Below, in pieces: positions 10,094-22,500 of a stretch of 64,000 bases of DNA. The stretch is from positions 3,520-67,519 of the forward strand of contig DASZHA010000009.1 in the NCBI GenBank assembly GCA_035938265.1. Reading direction: 5' to 3'. The position numbers were made by a program, and so were the translations under genes. How positions within the stretch are numbered: the stretch's first letter is position 1; each line of letters opens with the position of its first letter. The notes beneath the pieces were generated by a model. That model saw only the letters and a program-made list of their open reading frames with translations, did not search any database and was not told where the DNA came from. Origin of the DNA: Candidatus Dormiibacterota bacterium (GTDB lineage Bacteria > Chloroflexota > Dormibacteria > DASZGP01).

Positions 10094-11512
10094 GCTGGCC
10101 CCCGCGGCTACGGGTAGCTCGCGGACGTCGACGAAGTGGCCCTCGATGGCAGCCGCCGCGGCCATCGCCGGGCTCACCAGGTGGGTCCGGCCTCCCCTCC
10201 CCTGGCGGCCCTCGAAGTTGCGGTTGCTGGTCGAGGCACAGCGTTCGCCGGGCTGAAGGATGTCCGGGTTCATGCCCAGGCACATCGAGCAGCCGGCGTC
10301 GCGCCACTCGAGCCCGGCGTCAATGAAGACCCGATCAAGTCCCTCGGCCTCCGCCTGCGCCTTGACCTGCATTGACCCGGGCACCACCATCGCCTGCACC
10401 GAGGGCGCAACCCGGCGGCCCGCAACCACCGAAGCGGCGATGCGGAGGTCGGAGATGCGGGAGTTGGTGCAGGAGCCGATGAAGACCCGATCGACGGCGA
10501 TCTCCTGGATCGGCGTCCCCGGTTCGAGCGCCATGTAGGCCAGCGACTGCCGCGCCGAGTCGCCCTGCGCCGGGTCGGCAAAGCTCTCGGGGTCGGGAAC
10601 GGACTCCCCCACCGTCACCGACTGAGCCGGGTTGGTCCCCCACGTCACGTAGGGCTCCAGCTCGGCGGCATCGATGAGAAGGGTCTGGTCGTAAGTCGCG
10701 CCCGGGTCGGTGGGGAGCGTGCGCCAGTACGCCACCGCCGCGTCCCAGTCGGCGCCCTGGGGGGCGTACGGCCGGCCCTTGATGTACTCGAAGGTCGTCT
10801 CGTCGGGCGCGACCATGCCGGCCCGGGCGCCACCCTCGATCGACATGTTGCAGACGCTCATCCGCTCCTCCATCGACATGGCGCGGAACGTCGAGCCCGT
10901 GTACTCCAGGACATGGCCGGTGCCGCCGTCGACGCCGAGCCGGTTAAGGATGCCAAGGGCCACGTCCTTGGCCGCGACACCAAGGGGCAGGTCGCCGTCG
11001 ACGCGGACCTCGTACGTCCCCGGCTTGTTGAGCCGGAGGCACTGGGTGGCGAGCACATGCTCCACCTCGGAGGTGCCGATGCCAAGGCCAAAGGTGCCGA
11101 AGGCACCGTGGGTGGAGGTGTGGCTGTCACCGCAGGCAACCACCAGGCCGGGCAGGGTCACGCCCAGCTCGGGCCCGATGATGTGGACGATGCCCTGCTC
11201 GCGAGTGCCCAGTCCGAAGCAGACGATGCCCGCCTCCTCGCAGTTGCTGTTGAGCGTGTCCACCTGCTTGCGGGCGATCTCGTCGGTGATGCCCTTGTCG
11301 CGATCGATGGTGGGGACGTTGTGGTCGTGCGTGGCGACCGCCTGCCCAGGACGGCGGACGCTGCGGCCGGCAAGCCGGAGCCCCTCGAACGCCTGCGGCG
11401 AGGTCACCTCGTGGACAAGGTGCATGTCGACGTACACGATGGTCGGCTCGCCGTCCCTGGCGTAGACGGTGTGGGCGTCCCAGATCTTGTCGAAGAGTGT
11501 GCGCGCTGCCAT
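10088..11512 (-). CDS. leuC: 3-isopropylmalate dehydratase large subunit (aconitase family)
   Basis: [16 protein letters not shown]...[12 protein letters not shown] aconitase-family Fe-S cysteines. The ATG at 11512 was found by reverse-complementing ...gccat. Confidence 0.9.
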   Translation of the reverse strand: MAARTLFDKIWDAHTVYARDGEPTIVYVDMHLVHEVTSPQAFEGLRLAGRSVRRPGQAVATHDHNVPTIDRDKGITDEIARKQVDTLNSNCEEAGIVCFGLGTREQGIVHIIGPELGVTLPGLVVACGDSHTSTHGAFGTFGLGIGTSEVEHVLATQCLRLNKPGTYEVRVDGDLPLGVAAKDVALGILNRLGVDGGTGHVLEYTGSTFRAMSMEERMSVCNMSIEGGARAGMVAPDETTFEYIKGRPYAPQGADWDAAVAYWRTLPTDPGATYDQTLLIDAAELEPYVTWGTNPAQSVTVGESVPDPESFADPAQGDSARQSLAYMALEPGTPIQEIAVDRVFIGSCTNSRISDLRIAASVVAGRRVAPSVQAMVVPGSMQVKAQAEAEGLDRVFIDAGLEWRDAGCSMCLGMNPDILQPGERCASTSNRNFEGRQGRGGRTHLVSPAMAAAAAIEGHFVDVRELPVAAGASR

Positions 11513-11549
11513 TCCTGTCAATCCACTGCGGAGACCAAGCGTGTTCGGA

Positions 11550-13237
11550 CTACGGGGTCCCGGCGGCCGCCGCGGGCTGGGCGGCGCCCGAGTCCTCGGG
11601 CTTGATTCGCGGCGTGTCACCGATGGCGACGAGCTTGTTGAGGGCGTTGATGTAGGCGCGCGCCGACGCCACCAGGATGTCGGTGTCGGCGCCGTGTCCG
11701 CTCGCCAGGTGAGCGCCACGGCGGACGCGGACGTTGACCTCGCCGACGGCGTCGATCCCAGCAGTGACCTCCTGGACGCGGTACTCCTTGAGCTCGTTGG
11801 GCAGCTTGACGATCTGGTTGATGGCGGCGTAGGTGGCGTCCACCGGGCCGTCGCCCATGGCTGCGGCCTCCTCGGTCTTGCCGTCCTCGAATGCGATCCG
11901 CACCGTGGCGGTCGGCTTCAGGTGCGTCCCTGAGCTGACCTGGAGGTGGTCGAGCTTGAAGGTCTCGGTCGCCATCCGTGCCTCGTCGGCGACGATCGAC
12001 TCGAGGTCGCGGTCGGTAACGTCCTTCTTCTTGTCGGCCAGCGCCTTGAAACGCTGGAAGGCGCGCTTGAACTCCTCGTCCGGCAGGGAGTAGCCCATCT
12101 CCTCCAGGCGAACCTTGAATGCGTGCCGGCCGGAGAGCTTGCCCAGCACAAGGCTGTTCTCGGTGCCCACGTCGGTCGGGTTGATGATCTCGAAGGTTTC
12201 CTGGTTCTTGAGCACGCCGTCCTGGTGGATGCCGGAGGCGTGGGCGAAGGCGTTGGCGCCGACCACCGCCTTGTTGGGCTGCACCATCATCCCAGTCAGC
12301 TGACTGACCAGGCGGCTGGTGCGATAGATCTGGCTGTGGTCGATTCGGGTCCAGACGCCGTACTGGTCGGGCCGCAGGCGCACCGCGGTGGCGATCTCCT
12401 CGACCGAGGCGTTGCCGGCGCGCTCACCGATGCCGTTGATGCAGCCCTCGACCTGGCGCGCCCCGGAGCGGACCGCCGAAAGCGAGTTGGCCACCGCCAT
12501 GCCGAGGTCGTCGTGGCAGTGGACCGAGAGCACGACGCCGGAGAGGGCGGGCACCTTCTGGTAGAGGTAGGTCATCAGGTCCGACCACTCCTCGGGGGTG
12601 GCGTAGCCGACGGTGTCGGGGACGTTGATGGTGGTCGCGCCGGCCTCGATGGTCGCGTCGATGATGTCGACCAGGAACTCCTTCTCGGTGCGGCTGGCGT
12701 CCATCGGTGAGAACTCGACGTCCTCGACGTAGCCCTTGGCCATCTGCACCGCCAGCACGGCGCGGTCAAGGATCTCCTGCGGCGTCTTGGCCCAGGAGAC
12801 CATGTCGCGATGCAGCGGCGAGGTGCCGACAAACGTGTGGATCCGTGGCCTCTTGGCTGCCGAGACCGCGTCAGCGGCACGAACGATGTCCTCCTCGGGC
12901 CAGATCCGCGCCAGGCCGGCAACGATGGAGGTCTCGACCTGCTCGGCGACCGCGCTGACGGCGGCGAAATCGCCAGGCGAGGAGTTGGGGAAGCCCGCCT
13001 CGATGACGTCGACCTGGAGCCTTTCCAGCTGCGCCGCCACCTGCAGCTTCTGATCGATGTTCATGGCCGCGCCGGGCGACTGCTCGCCGTCGCGGAGGGT
13101 GGTGTCGAAGATGATCAGCTGGTCTTCTGGGGCACCCTGCGCCGTGGCCTGCTCCTGCTCGTCCGGGGCAATACCTGAGACGGCGAGCTCGCGCTCGCCT
13201 ACGGCCGGCTTGCCGTTGTCGGCGCTGCTGTTCTCGG

Positions 13238-13241
<4 letters not shown>
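11550..13241 (-). CDS. leuA: 2-isopropylmalate synthase
   Basis: [18 protein letters not shown] plus a LeuA C-terminal domain. The start is coupled to the ilvC stop. Confidence 0.88.
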
Positions 13242-14311
<1,070 letters not shown>

Positions 14312-14327
14312 GCCTCTCCTCCTATCC

Positions 14328-14924
14328 CTATACCGTTCCGGTCAGGTCGCCGGCGGTGCCGGTGGGCTTGAGCTTGCGCGACGGGACCAAATTGCCGGCG
14401 TGCTCGCCGTAGTGGTCGTGGTCGACGAGCTTCAGCCTCGCCTGGTTGCCGCGCACCATCGCCACGGCGCCCGAGCGCGCGATCTCCTTGATGCCAAAGG
14501 GCCCGACCAGGTCGATGAAGTTGTCGATCTTCTCGCCGCTGCCGGTGAGCTCGACGATTACGGTGTTGCTGGCGACGTCGACGATGCGGCCGTTGAAGAT
14601 GCTGACGACATCGAGGAGGTCGCGGCGCGCCCGGCTGGGGGCGTTGACCTTGACCAGCAGCATTTCGTGGGCCACCACGCGCTCGGTGGTGATGTCATCG
14701 ATCTTGATGACGTCGACCAGCTTGTAGAGCTGCTTCATCGCCTGCTCGGCCTGGGCCTTGCCGACGTGGACTGTGATGGTCATCCGGCTGACGCTGGCGT
14801 CATCGGTCTCACCCACCGACAGGGAGTCGATGTTGAAACCGCGACGGCGGATCATCGACGCCACCCGCTGAAGGACCCCCGGCCGGTTCTCGACCAGGAC
14901 GGAGAGCAGCCGAGCCTGGCTCAT
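14328..14924 (-). CDS. ilvN: acetolactate synthase small (regulatory) subunit
   Basis: ACT domain [33 protein letters not shown]. Confidence 0.9.
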   Translation of the reverse strand: MSQARLLSVLVENRPGVLQRVASMIRRRGFNIDSLSVGETDDASVSRMTITVHVGKAQAEQAMKQLYKLVDVIKIDDITTERVVAHEMLLVKVNAPSRARRDLLDVVSIFNGRIVDVASNTVIVELTGSGEKIDNFIDLVGPFGIKEIARSGAVAMVRGNQARLKLVDHDHYGEHAGNLVPSRKLKPTGTAGDLTGTV

Positions 14925-14991
14925 TTGCTGTAGTCCGAGCCAGACCGATCGTCCCGATCCGGGTTCTGGGTGTCGGTATCCCTCGGGTTCA

Positions 14992-16797
14992 TTACTTCGC
15001 CTCCACGAAGTCCAGCAGCCCCTTGCCCAGGGGCACGATCGGATAGACGTTGGCGTCAGGGTCTATGACGAACTCCATCAGCACGGGGCCCTTGTGCTTG
15101 AGGGCCTCGTCCAGCATCCCGGGCACGTCGGCCTGCTGGTCGGTACGCATCCCCTTGATGCCGAAGGCGTCGGCGAGCTTCATGAAGTCCGGTGCGCCAC
15201 TGAGGTCGATCTGGGAGCGGATGCCGCCATAGAAGTCGTCCTGGAACTGGCGCACCATGCCCAGCGAACGGTTGTTGAGGATCAGGATCTTGATGTCGAC
15301 GTTGTGCTCCGCCGCCGTCGCCAGCTCCTGCATGTTCATCACGAAGCCACCCTCACCCGTGACGCAGAAGACGGTGCGCTCCGGCTGCGAGAACTTGGCG
15401 CCGATGGCGGCGGGGAAGGCGAACCCCATGCACCCAGTGCCGCCGGAGTTGAGGAAGAGGCCCGGCTTGTCGTAGTTGAACCAGAGCGCGGCCCAGATCT
15501 GGTTCTGGCCGACGTCGGCGACCACAATGGCCTCCGAGTCGGTGCGCTCGTACATCGGGATCAGCACCTCCTGCGGCTGCAGCAGCCCGGTGTTGTTGAC
15601 GTAGCGGACGGGGTGCTCCTCCTTCCACTGCTCGATCTGGGTCAGCCACTCCTGCTCCCATTTCTGCTCGACCATTGGGATCAGGTCCTTGAGCACCGAC
15701 TTGGCGTCGCCCACCACCGGCACCTGTGGCTTCAGGTTCTTGCCGATCTCGGCGGGGTCGATGTCGATGTGGACGATGTTCTCGACATTGGGCGCGAAGC
15801 TCTCGATCTTGGTGGTGACGCGGTCGTCGCAACGCATCCCGATCATCATCAGGAGGTCGGCGCCGTTGACCGCCTTGTTGGTGTAGCCAGCGCCCATGAA
15901 GCCGACCATCTGCAGCGCCAGCGGGTCCTGCAGCGGGAACGCACCCGTGCCCAGCAGGGTCCAGCCCACCGGGATGTTGGCCTTGTGGGAGAGCTCCATC
16001 AGCTCCTCCTCGGCGCCCGAGATCAGGACTCCGCGGCCGCACAGGATCACCGGCCGCTTGGAGTGCTTGATCAGCTCGGCGATCTTCTGCAGCTGCACCG
16101 GGTTGCCCCGGTAGGTGGGGTTGTACGACCGCAGCCGGACCGGCGCCTCGGGGTAGACGAACTCCATGCTCGCCTGCTGGACGTCCTTGGGCAGGTCGAT
16201 CAGGACCGGCCCGGGACGGCCGGTGCGGGCGATATAGAAGGCCTCTTTGATGGTCCGGGCGAGGTCGTTGATGTCGGTGACCAGGTAGCTGTGCTTGACC
16301 ACGGACATCGTGGTCCCGATGACGTCGGACTCCTGGAAGGCGTCAGTGCCGACGGCGGTGGTGGGCACCTGCCCGGTGATGGCGACCACCGGTACCGAGT
16401 CGAGGAAGGCGGTGCAGAGACCGGTGACCATGTTCAATGCCCCGGGTCCGCTTGTGGCCCAGCACACTCCGACACTGCCGCGCTTGGCCCGGGCGTACCC
16501 GTCGGCGGCGTGGGCGGCGCCCTGCTCGTGCCGGACCAGGACGTGCTTGACCTGCTCGGCGTACTTGGGCAGGTGCTGGTAGAGGGGCAGGTTGGCGCCC
16601 CCGGGATAGCCGAAGATCGTGTCTACCCCTTCGCGCAGCAGGCACTCGATTGCGATCTCGGCGCCGGTGAGCGTCCTCGGCGTCGAGGTTTCGATCGGCT
16701 GTGTGCTGTGCGCCTCGGCCTCGCGCGCACCGGATTCGCCGGCGCCATTGGAGCCGGGGGTCGCGGCCGAGGCCTCGGGGTCGATCTCAGCGGTCAT
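14992..16797 (-). CDS. ilvB: acetolactate synthase large subunit (TPP enzyme)
   Basis: IFGYPGGANLPLYQ and a TPP/FAD-binding architecture. AGGAGAAAG Shine-Dalgarno (SD) before the ATG. Confidence 0.9.
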   Translation of the reverse strand: MTAEIDPEASAATPGSNGAGESGAREAEAHSTQPIETSTPRTLTGAEIAIECLLREGVDTIFGYPGGANLPLYQHLPKYAEQVKHVLVRHEQGAAHAADGYARAKRGSVGVCWATSGPGALNMVTGLCTAFLDSVPVVAITGQVPTTAVGTDAFQESDVIGTTMSVVKHSYLVTDINDLARTIKEAFYIARTGRPGPVLIDLPKDVQQASMEFVYPEAPVRLRSYNPTYRGNPVQLQKIAELIKHSKRPVILCGRGVLISGAEEELMELSHKANIPVGWTLLGTGAFPLQDPLALQMVGFMGAGYTNKAVNGADLLMMIGMRCDDRVTTKIESFAPNVENIVHIDIDPAEIGKNLKPQVPVVGDAKSVLKDLIPMVEQKWEQEWLTQIEQWKEEHPVRYVNNTGLLQPQEVLIPMYERTDSEAIVVADVGQNQIWAALWFNYDKPGLFLNSGGTGCMGFAFPAAIGAKFSQPERTVFCVTGEGGFVMNMQELATAAEHNVDIKILILNNRSLGMVRQFQDDFYGGIRSQIDLSGAPDFMKLADAFGIKGMRTDQQADVPGMLDEALKHKGPVLMEFVIDPDANVYPIVPLGKGLLDFVEAK

Positions 16798-16847
16798 CTC
16801 TTTCTCCTAGTGGGTTGGGAATACGACTCTGGCTCAGCCCGGTCGGG

Positions 16848-17042
16848 CTAGCCGTAGATGTTTTGGATGTCCTCGTGGGTGTGCTCGTCGGCGAGGATCT
16901 CGTGGAGCCGCTCGTCGCTGGGCTCCTTCTGGTCCCGGTCGACCTTGTCGAGGACACGGTTCACCACCCGCTCTTTGGGAGCGTGGCCCATGTCGAACAT
17001 GCGCGCCTGGAGCCTCATCTTGGCCTTCTTCTTCTCGGACAT
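16848..17042 (-). CDS. small hypothetical protein (64 aa), first ORF of the ilv-leu transcript
   Basis: ATG at 17042 with AGGAGG 7 nt upstream. It encodes MSEKKKAKMRLQARMFDMGHAPKERVVNRVLDKVDRDQKEPSDERLHEILADEHTHEDIQNIYG with strong G/C third-position bias. It sits between the T-box terminator and ilvB. Confidence 0.5.
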   Translation of the reverse strand: MSEKKKAKMRLQARMFDMGHAPKERVVNRVLDKVDRDQKEPSDERLHEILADEHTHEDIQNIYG

Positions 17043-17099
17043 CTGTGGCCTCCTGTGTAAAACCCTGTGACTTTTCGCCGCCAGGGCCTCTGGATTTAA

Positions 17100-17400
17100 C
17101 CGGGGCTTTACCAAACAAAAAAGCCCCGCCCCAACTGTTGGGACGAGACTTCAACGAAATCCCGCGGTACCACCCGGATTGCCGGCTTGCGCCGACCACT
17201 CAAGAGCTAAAACTCTATCGGTCCGATATCGAGGACCAATTCGGCCGCTGCTACTGACGACTGCGTCGCGTTCGGTCGGCTGCTCGGGGGCGAGTTCAGA
17301 CTCCTTTTTGACTGCCGGCTTCCACCTGACCCGGCTCGCTGTAGCCCTTTGGGCGCCCTAGTACTCCCCGTCAAAGCTCTATTCAGTTGTCGTGCGATCT
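17100..17400 (-). ncRNA. T-box riboswitch leader with terminator/antiterminator, upstream of the ilv-leu operon
   Basis: The minus strand reads AAUCCGGGUGGUACCGCGGGA (plus coordinates about 17161-17180), matching the conserved T-box AGGGUGGNACCGCG. It is followed by CGUCCCAACAGUUGGGGCG (8-bp stem, 3-nt loop) and then UUUUUUGUUU. The 5' region has possible AGUA and GAA-CUC specifier elements. Confidence 0.55.
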
Positions 17401-17495
17401 TATCGGAGACCTATCAATGTGTCAACGAATCTGGGCGAGTTCGAACTAACCCCGCCCACGGGCCCGTAACCCTCCGTTACTATCCGACTGTGGCG

Positions 17496-18197
17496 GTGAA
17501 GCGGAGGGGCGTGGCGGTCCTTGCCGAGACCGACGTTCAAGAGGAACCCTTTCTCGGCAACCTGACCGCGCCAGAGGTGGAGACGCTCAGGGCCCTGGGG
17601 CGGCGCCAGCGCTACCCCAAGGGGGCGACCCTGTTCGTCGAGGGCGATCGTGCCGACCGCGTGATCGTGATCACCGAGGGCCGGGTCAAGATCTCGATCC
17701 TGACGCCCGACGGCAAGGAGGTGGTGCTGGCGGTCCGCGGCGGCGGGGACCTGGTCGGCGATCAGGGCTTCCTCGACGGCGCGCCCCGGTCGGCCACGGC
17801 CACCGCGATGGACCCCGTCGACGCCCTGCTGATCCCCGCCGGCGAGTTCACTCTCTTCCTGGAGCAGCACGCCCGGGTCGCCCTCCTCCTGCTCAAGATG
17901 CTCAGCCGCCGCCTTCGCGACGCGGACGCCAAGCGCGCCGAGTTCGCCGCCTACGACACCGTGGGTCGCGTCGCCAGCCGCCTGGTGGAGATGGCCGGAA
18001 GGTTCGGTGAAAACGAGGCCGCCGGCATCAGGATCAACCTCCCCCTGACCCAGGAGGAGCTGGCCGGCTGGACCGGCTCATCGCGCGAGGCGGTCAGCAA
18101 GGCGCTGGGCATGCTGCGGTCGCTGGGTTGGATCGAGACCCACCGCCGGGGCATCACCATCGTCGACATCGACGGCCTCCGCAACCGCGCCACCTGA
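17496..18197 (+). CDS. Crp/Fnr-family transcriptional regulator (cNMP-binding domain plus HTH)
   Basis: YPKGATLFVEGD...GDLVGDQGFLDGAPRSATATA (CRP-like RS cAMP-phosphate motif), with a C-terminal HTH TQEELAGWTGSSREAVSKAL. The start was chosen at an in-frame GTG; the ORF track starts at 17349. Confidence 0.8.
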   Translation: MKRRGVAVLAETDVQEEPFLGNLTAPEVETLRALGRRQRYPKGATLFVEGDRADRVIVITEGRVKISILTPDGKEVVLAVRGGGDLVGDQGFLDGAPRSATATAMDPVDALLIPAGEFTLFLEQHARVALLLLKMLSRRLRDADAKRAEFAAYDTVGRVASRLVEMAGRFGENEAAGIRINLPLTQEELAGWTGSSREAVSKALGMLRSLGWIETHRRGITIVDIDGLRNRAT

Positions 18198-18407
18198 GCT
18201 ACCCGCCGCCCCCGAGCGGTGGATGTATGCGTAAAAGTGCACACTCGGGCTGTTCTATAGGGAACTGAACTCGCCCCACTTCGCGGCCATAGTGGTGGCC
18301 GAAGCCCTGCAGCCACCGGATCGCCAGCTCCGGCCTTAGAGGAAGGGGTGCGGCGGACCGTCCCGCCACGAGCTGCGGGGCTTCTTCAACATACAACGGG
18401 GTTAGAA

Positions 18408-19550
18408 GTGATCCACGCAGCCACGGGTAGTAAACCAGGGGAGGAACCCGTCGCCGACACCGGCGACCGCAAGAAGATCTGGCGGGAGCCGGTACGCGGC
18501 TCCTATCCCGATCCCCGGATCTTCCAGCTGTCCGGGATGGACCAGCTGCGGTCGTGCATGGTCGGCGGGTGGCCACGGCCGCCAATGTCGCATCTCACCG
18601 GCCTCTCCTTCAGCCACGCCGATGAGACCGAGACGATGATGGAGCAGCCGGCGTCGGGCTGGTTCCTCTCGTCCCAGGGGGTGATTCCCGGGGGCTTCCT
18701 GGCGATCGTGGCTGACGCCGCCTTCGGAGCCGCCATCACGTCCAGGCTGCCGGCGCGGACGCCTTTCACCACCTCCGAGATCTCGCTCAATTTCATCAAG
18801 CCCGCCACCACCAGGAGCCGCATCCTCCGCGCGCGGGGCACCGCCCTTCACGTCGGCCGTGACACCGCCCTGGCCGAATGCGTCGTCGAGGACGGCGACG
18901 GCACGATCCTGGCCCACGGCACCACGCGCTGCGTGATTCTCGACCAGCTCCCCCCGGTCGACGGCGGCGACGGCGCCGAGATCACCCTGCAGGAGTTCTT
19001 GGAAGCGTCCCCGCCAAATCCCTCAGTGGAGTACGACAGCCCCAGCCCCTACCTGCGCCCGGTCAAGGGCGAGCCGTTGTCGGCGGCGACGTGGGAGGAG
19101 CTGAGTGGACGCGAGATCCTGGAACGTCAGATCGCGGGCGAGCTGCCGATGCCGCCCATCCACCACCTCACGGGGATGCGCCCCACGTCGGTGGGCGACG
19201 GACAGGCGACCTTCGTTCTCCCCTGCACCGCGTGGCTGACCAGCGGCTTCGGCACCATCCAGGGCGGCGTCGGCGCCATGCTGGCCTACTCGGCGCTGGC
19301 CTCTGCGATCCAGTCGACCACCGAGGCCGGAACCGCCCATCTTCCCGTGGACCTCAAGGTGAACTACGTGCGGCCCGCCTACCCCGATCCCTCCGGCCGC
19401 GACCTGTGCGCCGAGGGTCGGGTCGTGCACCGTGGTCGCAGCCTTCGCGTCGCGGACGCCGAGGTGCGCAACCCCGACGGCAAGCTGGTCGCGGTGGCGC
19501 GGGGCACGTCGATGCTGCTCCCCGGCCAGTCAGCCTGGGCGGCGGCCTGA
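18408..19550 (+). CDS. tandem hotdog-fold (PaaI/4HBT-type) thioesterase-like protein
   Basis: Two repeated units (about 95-225 and about 270-400) each with a hotdog-like core (GGFLAIVADAAFGAAI and GGVGAMLAYSALASAI). The start is uncertain (ORF track 18348). Confidence 0.6.
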   Translation: MIHAATGSKPGEEPVADTGDRKKIWREPVRGSYPDPRIFQLSGMDQLRSCMVGGWPRPPMSHLTGLSFSHADETETMMEQPASGWFLSSQGVIPGGFLAIVADAAFGAAITSRLPARTPFTTSEISLNFIKPATTRSRILRARGTALHVGRDTALAECVVEDGDGTILAHGTTRCVILDQLPPVDGGDGAEITLQEFLEASPPNPSVEYDSPSPYLRPVKGEPLSAATWEELSGREILERQIAGELPMPPIHHLTGMRPTSVGDGQATFVLPCTAWLTSGFGTIQGGVGAMLAYSALASAIQSTTEAGTAHLPVDLKVNYVRPAYPDPSGRDLCAEGRVVHRGRSLRVADAEVRNPDGKLVAVARGTSMLLPGQSAWAAA

Positions 19551-19566
19551 CCCCGAGACCCGGCCG

Positions 19567-22500
19567 CTAGCCCAGCCCGGCCGCCTCGCGGAGCCGGTCA
19601 GCTCGCTTGCTCCAGAATGGGCCTGCGCCGAATCGGCCGTAGAGCTCGACGGCGGCGTCGAACTCCTGGTCTGCGCCCGAATCGCCGGTCCGCGCGAGGG
19701 CCGTACCCCACCCCAGGTGGGCCTCGGCCTCCTCAAACGGTGCCGGGTAGTCGCGCCGCAGGGCAACCGTCCTGGTGTAGAGCTCGGTGGCCCGCTCGAT
19801 GTCGCCCTTCAGGGCGGCGATACCTGCCTGGGCCAGCGTGAAGCCGGCCTCAGCGCCACGCCAGTCCTGGTCGGCGGGGACCATGGCTCGCAGCTCCTCC
19901 AGCCGGTCGGCGGCGGCATCGGCCTGACCCAGGTCGAGGTAGGCCAGCGCCAGCTGCGCCCGCCCCCAGACATCGCTGTAGCGCCAGTGAATCTGCTCCA
20001 GGGAGCCGACGTAGGTCTCCAGCGCGCCCACCGCCTCCTCGGCCTTGCCCTGCAGGCGCATGATCCGCCCCTGCCAGCCCAGGCTGCCCAGCCCACTGAT
20101 CTGGTCGCCGATCATCCTGCCGACCTCGCCCCAGCGCTGGGCGGCGTCCAGGGCCCGGTTGGTGTCGCCGCGCGCCAGGGCGATGCCCATCTCGTAGAAG
20201 TCGCGGGTGGTGCCGACGGCATCCGGCAGCAGCAGCTCGGCGCGGTCGAGGTTGCCCTGGAGCAGGTCGTTGTGGAGCCGGGTGCCCACCAGCATGTGAC
20301 GCTGCTGGGGCGCCTGCGCCGAGCGGGGCGCGGCGAGCTCCTTGGCGATCCAGGCCTCGGAGTCGACCGGGTCCTCGAGCCAGTTGGCCTGCTGCGCCCG
20401 CATCCACGCTGCCAGGAACGCGGCCAGGACGTGGTTCAGCTCGTTGGCCTCTCCCCAGGCCCGCTCGATGACGCGGCAGCCCTCGTCCAAGTGGCCGGCG
20501 TTGAACAGGTTCCAACCATGGAGGACGGCGGCATTTGCCCACAGCGCGCGGTTGTTGAGGCGATCGCCAATCTCCATCGCCCGGGCCGACCGATCGATTC
20601 CGTCCAGCGCCTGTCCCTTCCAGACCGCGATCGACGCCAGCCCCAGCTGGACATATCCCATGGTGGCCCGCTCGGGCCCGGGCGCCAGGATCGCCTCCGC
20701 CTGGCGGTAGTGCTCCTCGGCGACCGGGATACGGATCATCTGCGGCTCGGGGAAGCCCGAGATGTTGCGGCCCAGCTTGGAGTGGACGCGTGCCACGCGG
20801 TTGGGCTGCTGCAGCTCCTCGTAGATCTGCAGCGCCCGCTCCAGATGGCGGGTGCCCTTCTGGTAGTCGATACCCGTCAGGAAGAGAAGGTCGCCCACCC
20901 CCTCGAGGAGCCCGGCCCGCATCGGCCGGTCGACCTGGGCCTCGTCCATCAGCTCCAGCGCGCCCTGCAGGTGGGCGGCGGCCTCCTCGTAGGCAAAGCC
21001 CTCGGAGGCGGCGCGACCGGCACTGAGGCAATACTGAATAGCCTTCTCGGGGTCGGCCGCGGCACCGGCCATGCGGTAGTGCACCGCCAGCGCGGCAATG
21101 TGGCGGCTGAGGTCCCCTCCCCTGGTCGCCTCGATGGCCTCGGCGGCGCGGAGGTGCAGCCGCTGCTTGCGCGGCAGGCTGAGCTCGTCGTAGAGCGTCT
21201 GCCGGACCAGGGCGTGACTGAAGGTGTAGGCCAGCACCCCGCGGCCGACGACCTCGGCGATGACCTGGTGCTGGAGCGCCTCCTCGATCGCCGACAGCAG
21301 GGCATCCTCGCCGAGACCGGTCATGGGCTCGAGGATCGCGAGGTCGAACTCGCGGCCCAGCACGGCGGCGTGGGCCAGGACGATGTTGGTCTCCTCCGAG
21401 AGCCGCGACAGCCGGCGGCCGATGACCTCGCGCACGCTTTCCGGGATGCCCATCATCTCGGCGCTGGCGCGGATGCGGCTGACCCAGGTGCCGGAGTCGT
21501 CCTGGTAGATGACGCCGGTCTCGATCAGGTGGCGCAGGATCTCCTCGATGAAGAACGGGTTGCCCTCGGTCTCCGACTGGATCGTCTCCGCGAACAGCCG
21601 GTCGGGGTCGTCCATCTTGTGGAGGGCCAGCGAGTCCAGCATCGCGGTCACCCCCTCCGGCGTGAGGCCACGAATCGCGATCCGCGCGTAGAGGCGGTCC
21701 CGCCGCAGGCCCGCGAGCATCTCCGAGAGCGGGTGGCGGCGGTCGAGCTCGACCTCGCGGTACGTGCCCAGGATCATCAGCGGAGAGTGCTCCGACGCGC
21801 GCAGGAGGTGGCTGAGGAGAAGCAGGGTCGGCTTGTCCGCCCACTGCAGGTCGTCGAGGACCAGGAGCGTGGGGGCCGAGCGGGCGAGGTCGGTCAGCAG
21901 TACGCGGATCGCCTCGAAGAGGCGATAGCGCTCCGTCTCCGGGTCGGACCGCGGGGTGCGGACGGCGGGCACCCGCTCGCTCAGCTCGGGGAGCAGACGC
22001 ACCAGCTCCGGCAGCGAGGGCCCGATGCGGGCATGGATCTCGTCCGTTGACCAGGACTCGACGCACTGCCGCAACGCCTCGACGAACGGCTGGTAGGGAA
22101 CCACGCCCTCCTCGTCGCAGTGCCCGTAGAGGACCAGGCCACCGGCGTCGATAACGGTCTTGGCCAGCTCGGTGGCGGTGCGGGTCTTGCCGATGCCGGG
22201 CTCCCCGGCGAGGAGCACGGTCTGCCGGTGACCGCCTCGGGCCACCTCCCAGTGATGTTCCAACGCCTCGATCACGTCATCGCGGCCCACGTAGGCGGAG
22301 CGGTAGTTGGTCCGGAGGGGGGTGGGCAGCTTGCCCGTCGGCCTGGAGACCGGGACCCACTGGATCTCGAAGGACGTCACCCTGCCCGCGATGCCCTTGA
22401 GCTCAAGTTCGCCCAGCGGGCGGAATTCGTAGCCACCCCGGGAGCCGACCAGGCTGCGGAGGACTTCGGACGCCAGGATCTGGCCGCCCTCGGCCACGTC

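Noticed and set aside
16848-17042. Small ORF as a classic attenuator leader peptide
   Set aside because: At 64 codons with no run of Leu/Ile/Val codons, and located downstream of the T-box terminator, it does not fit leader-peptide attenuation. Retained as a small protein gene instead.
17101-17128. Perfect 9-bp hairpin CGGGGCTTT-N10-AAAGCCCCG, first read as a stand-alone bidirectional terminator
   Set aside because: Its U-run falls inside the loop rather than after the stem. Together with the adjacent CCCAAC/GUUGGG helix it is better explained as part of the T-box expression platform (terminator/antiterminator) on the minus strand.
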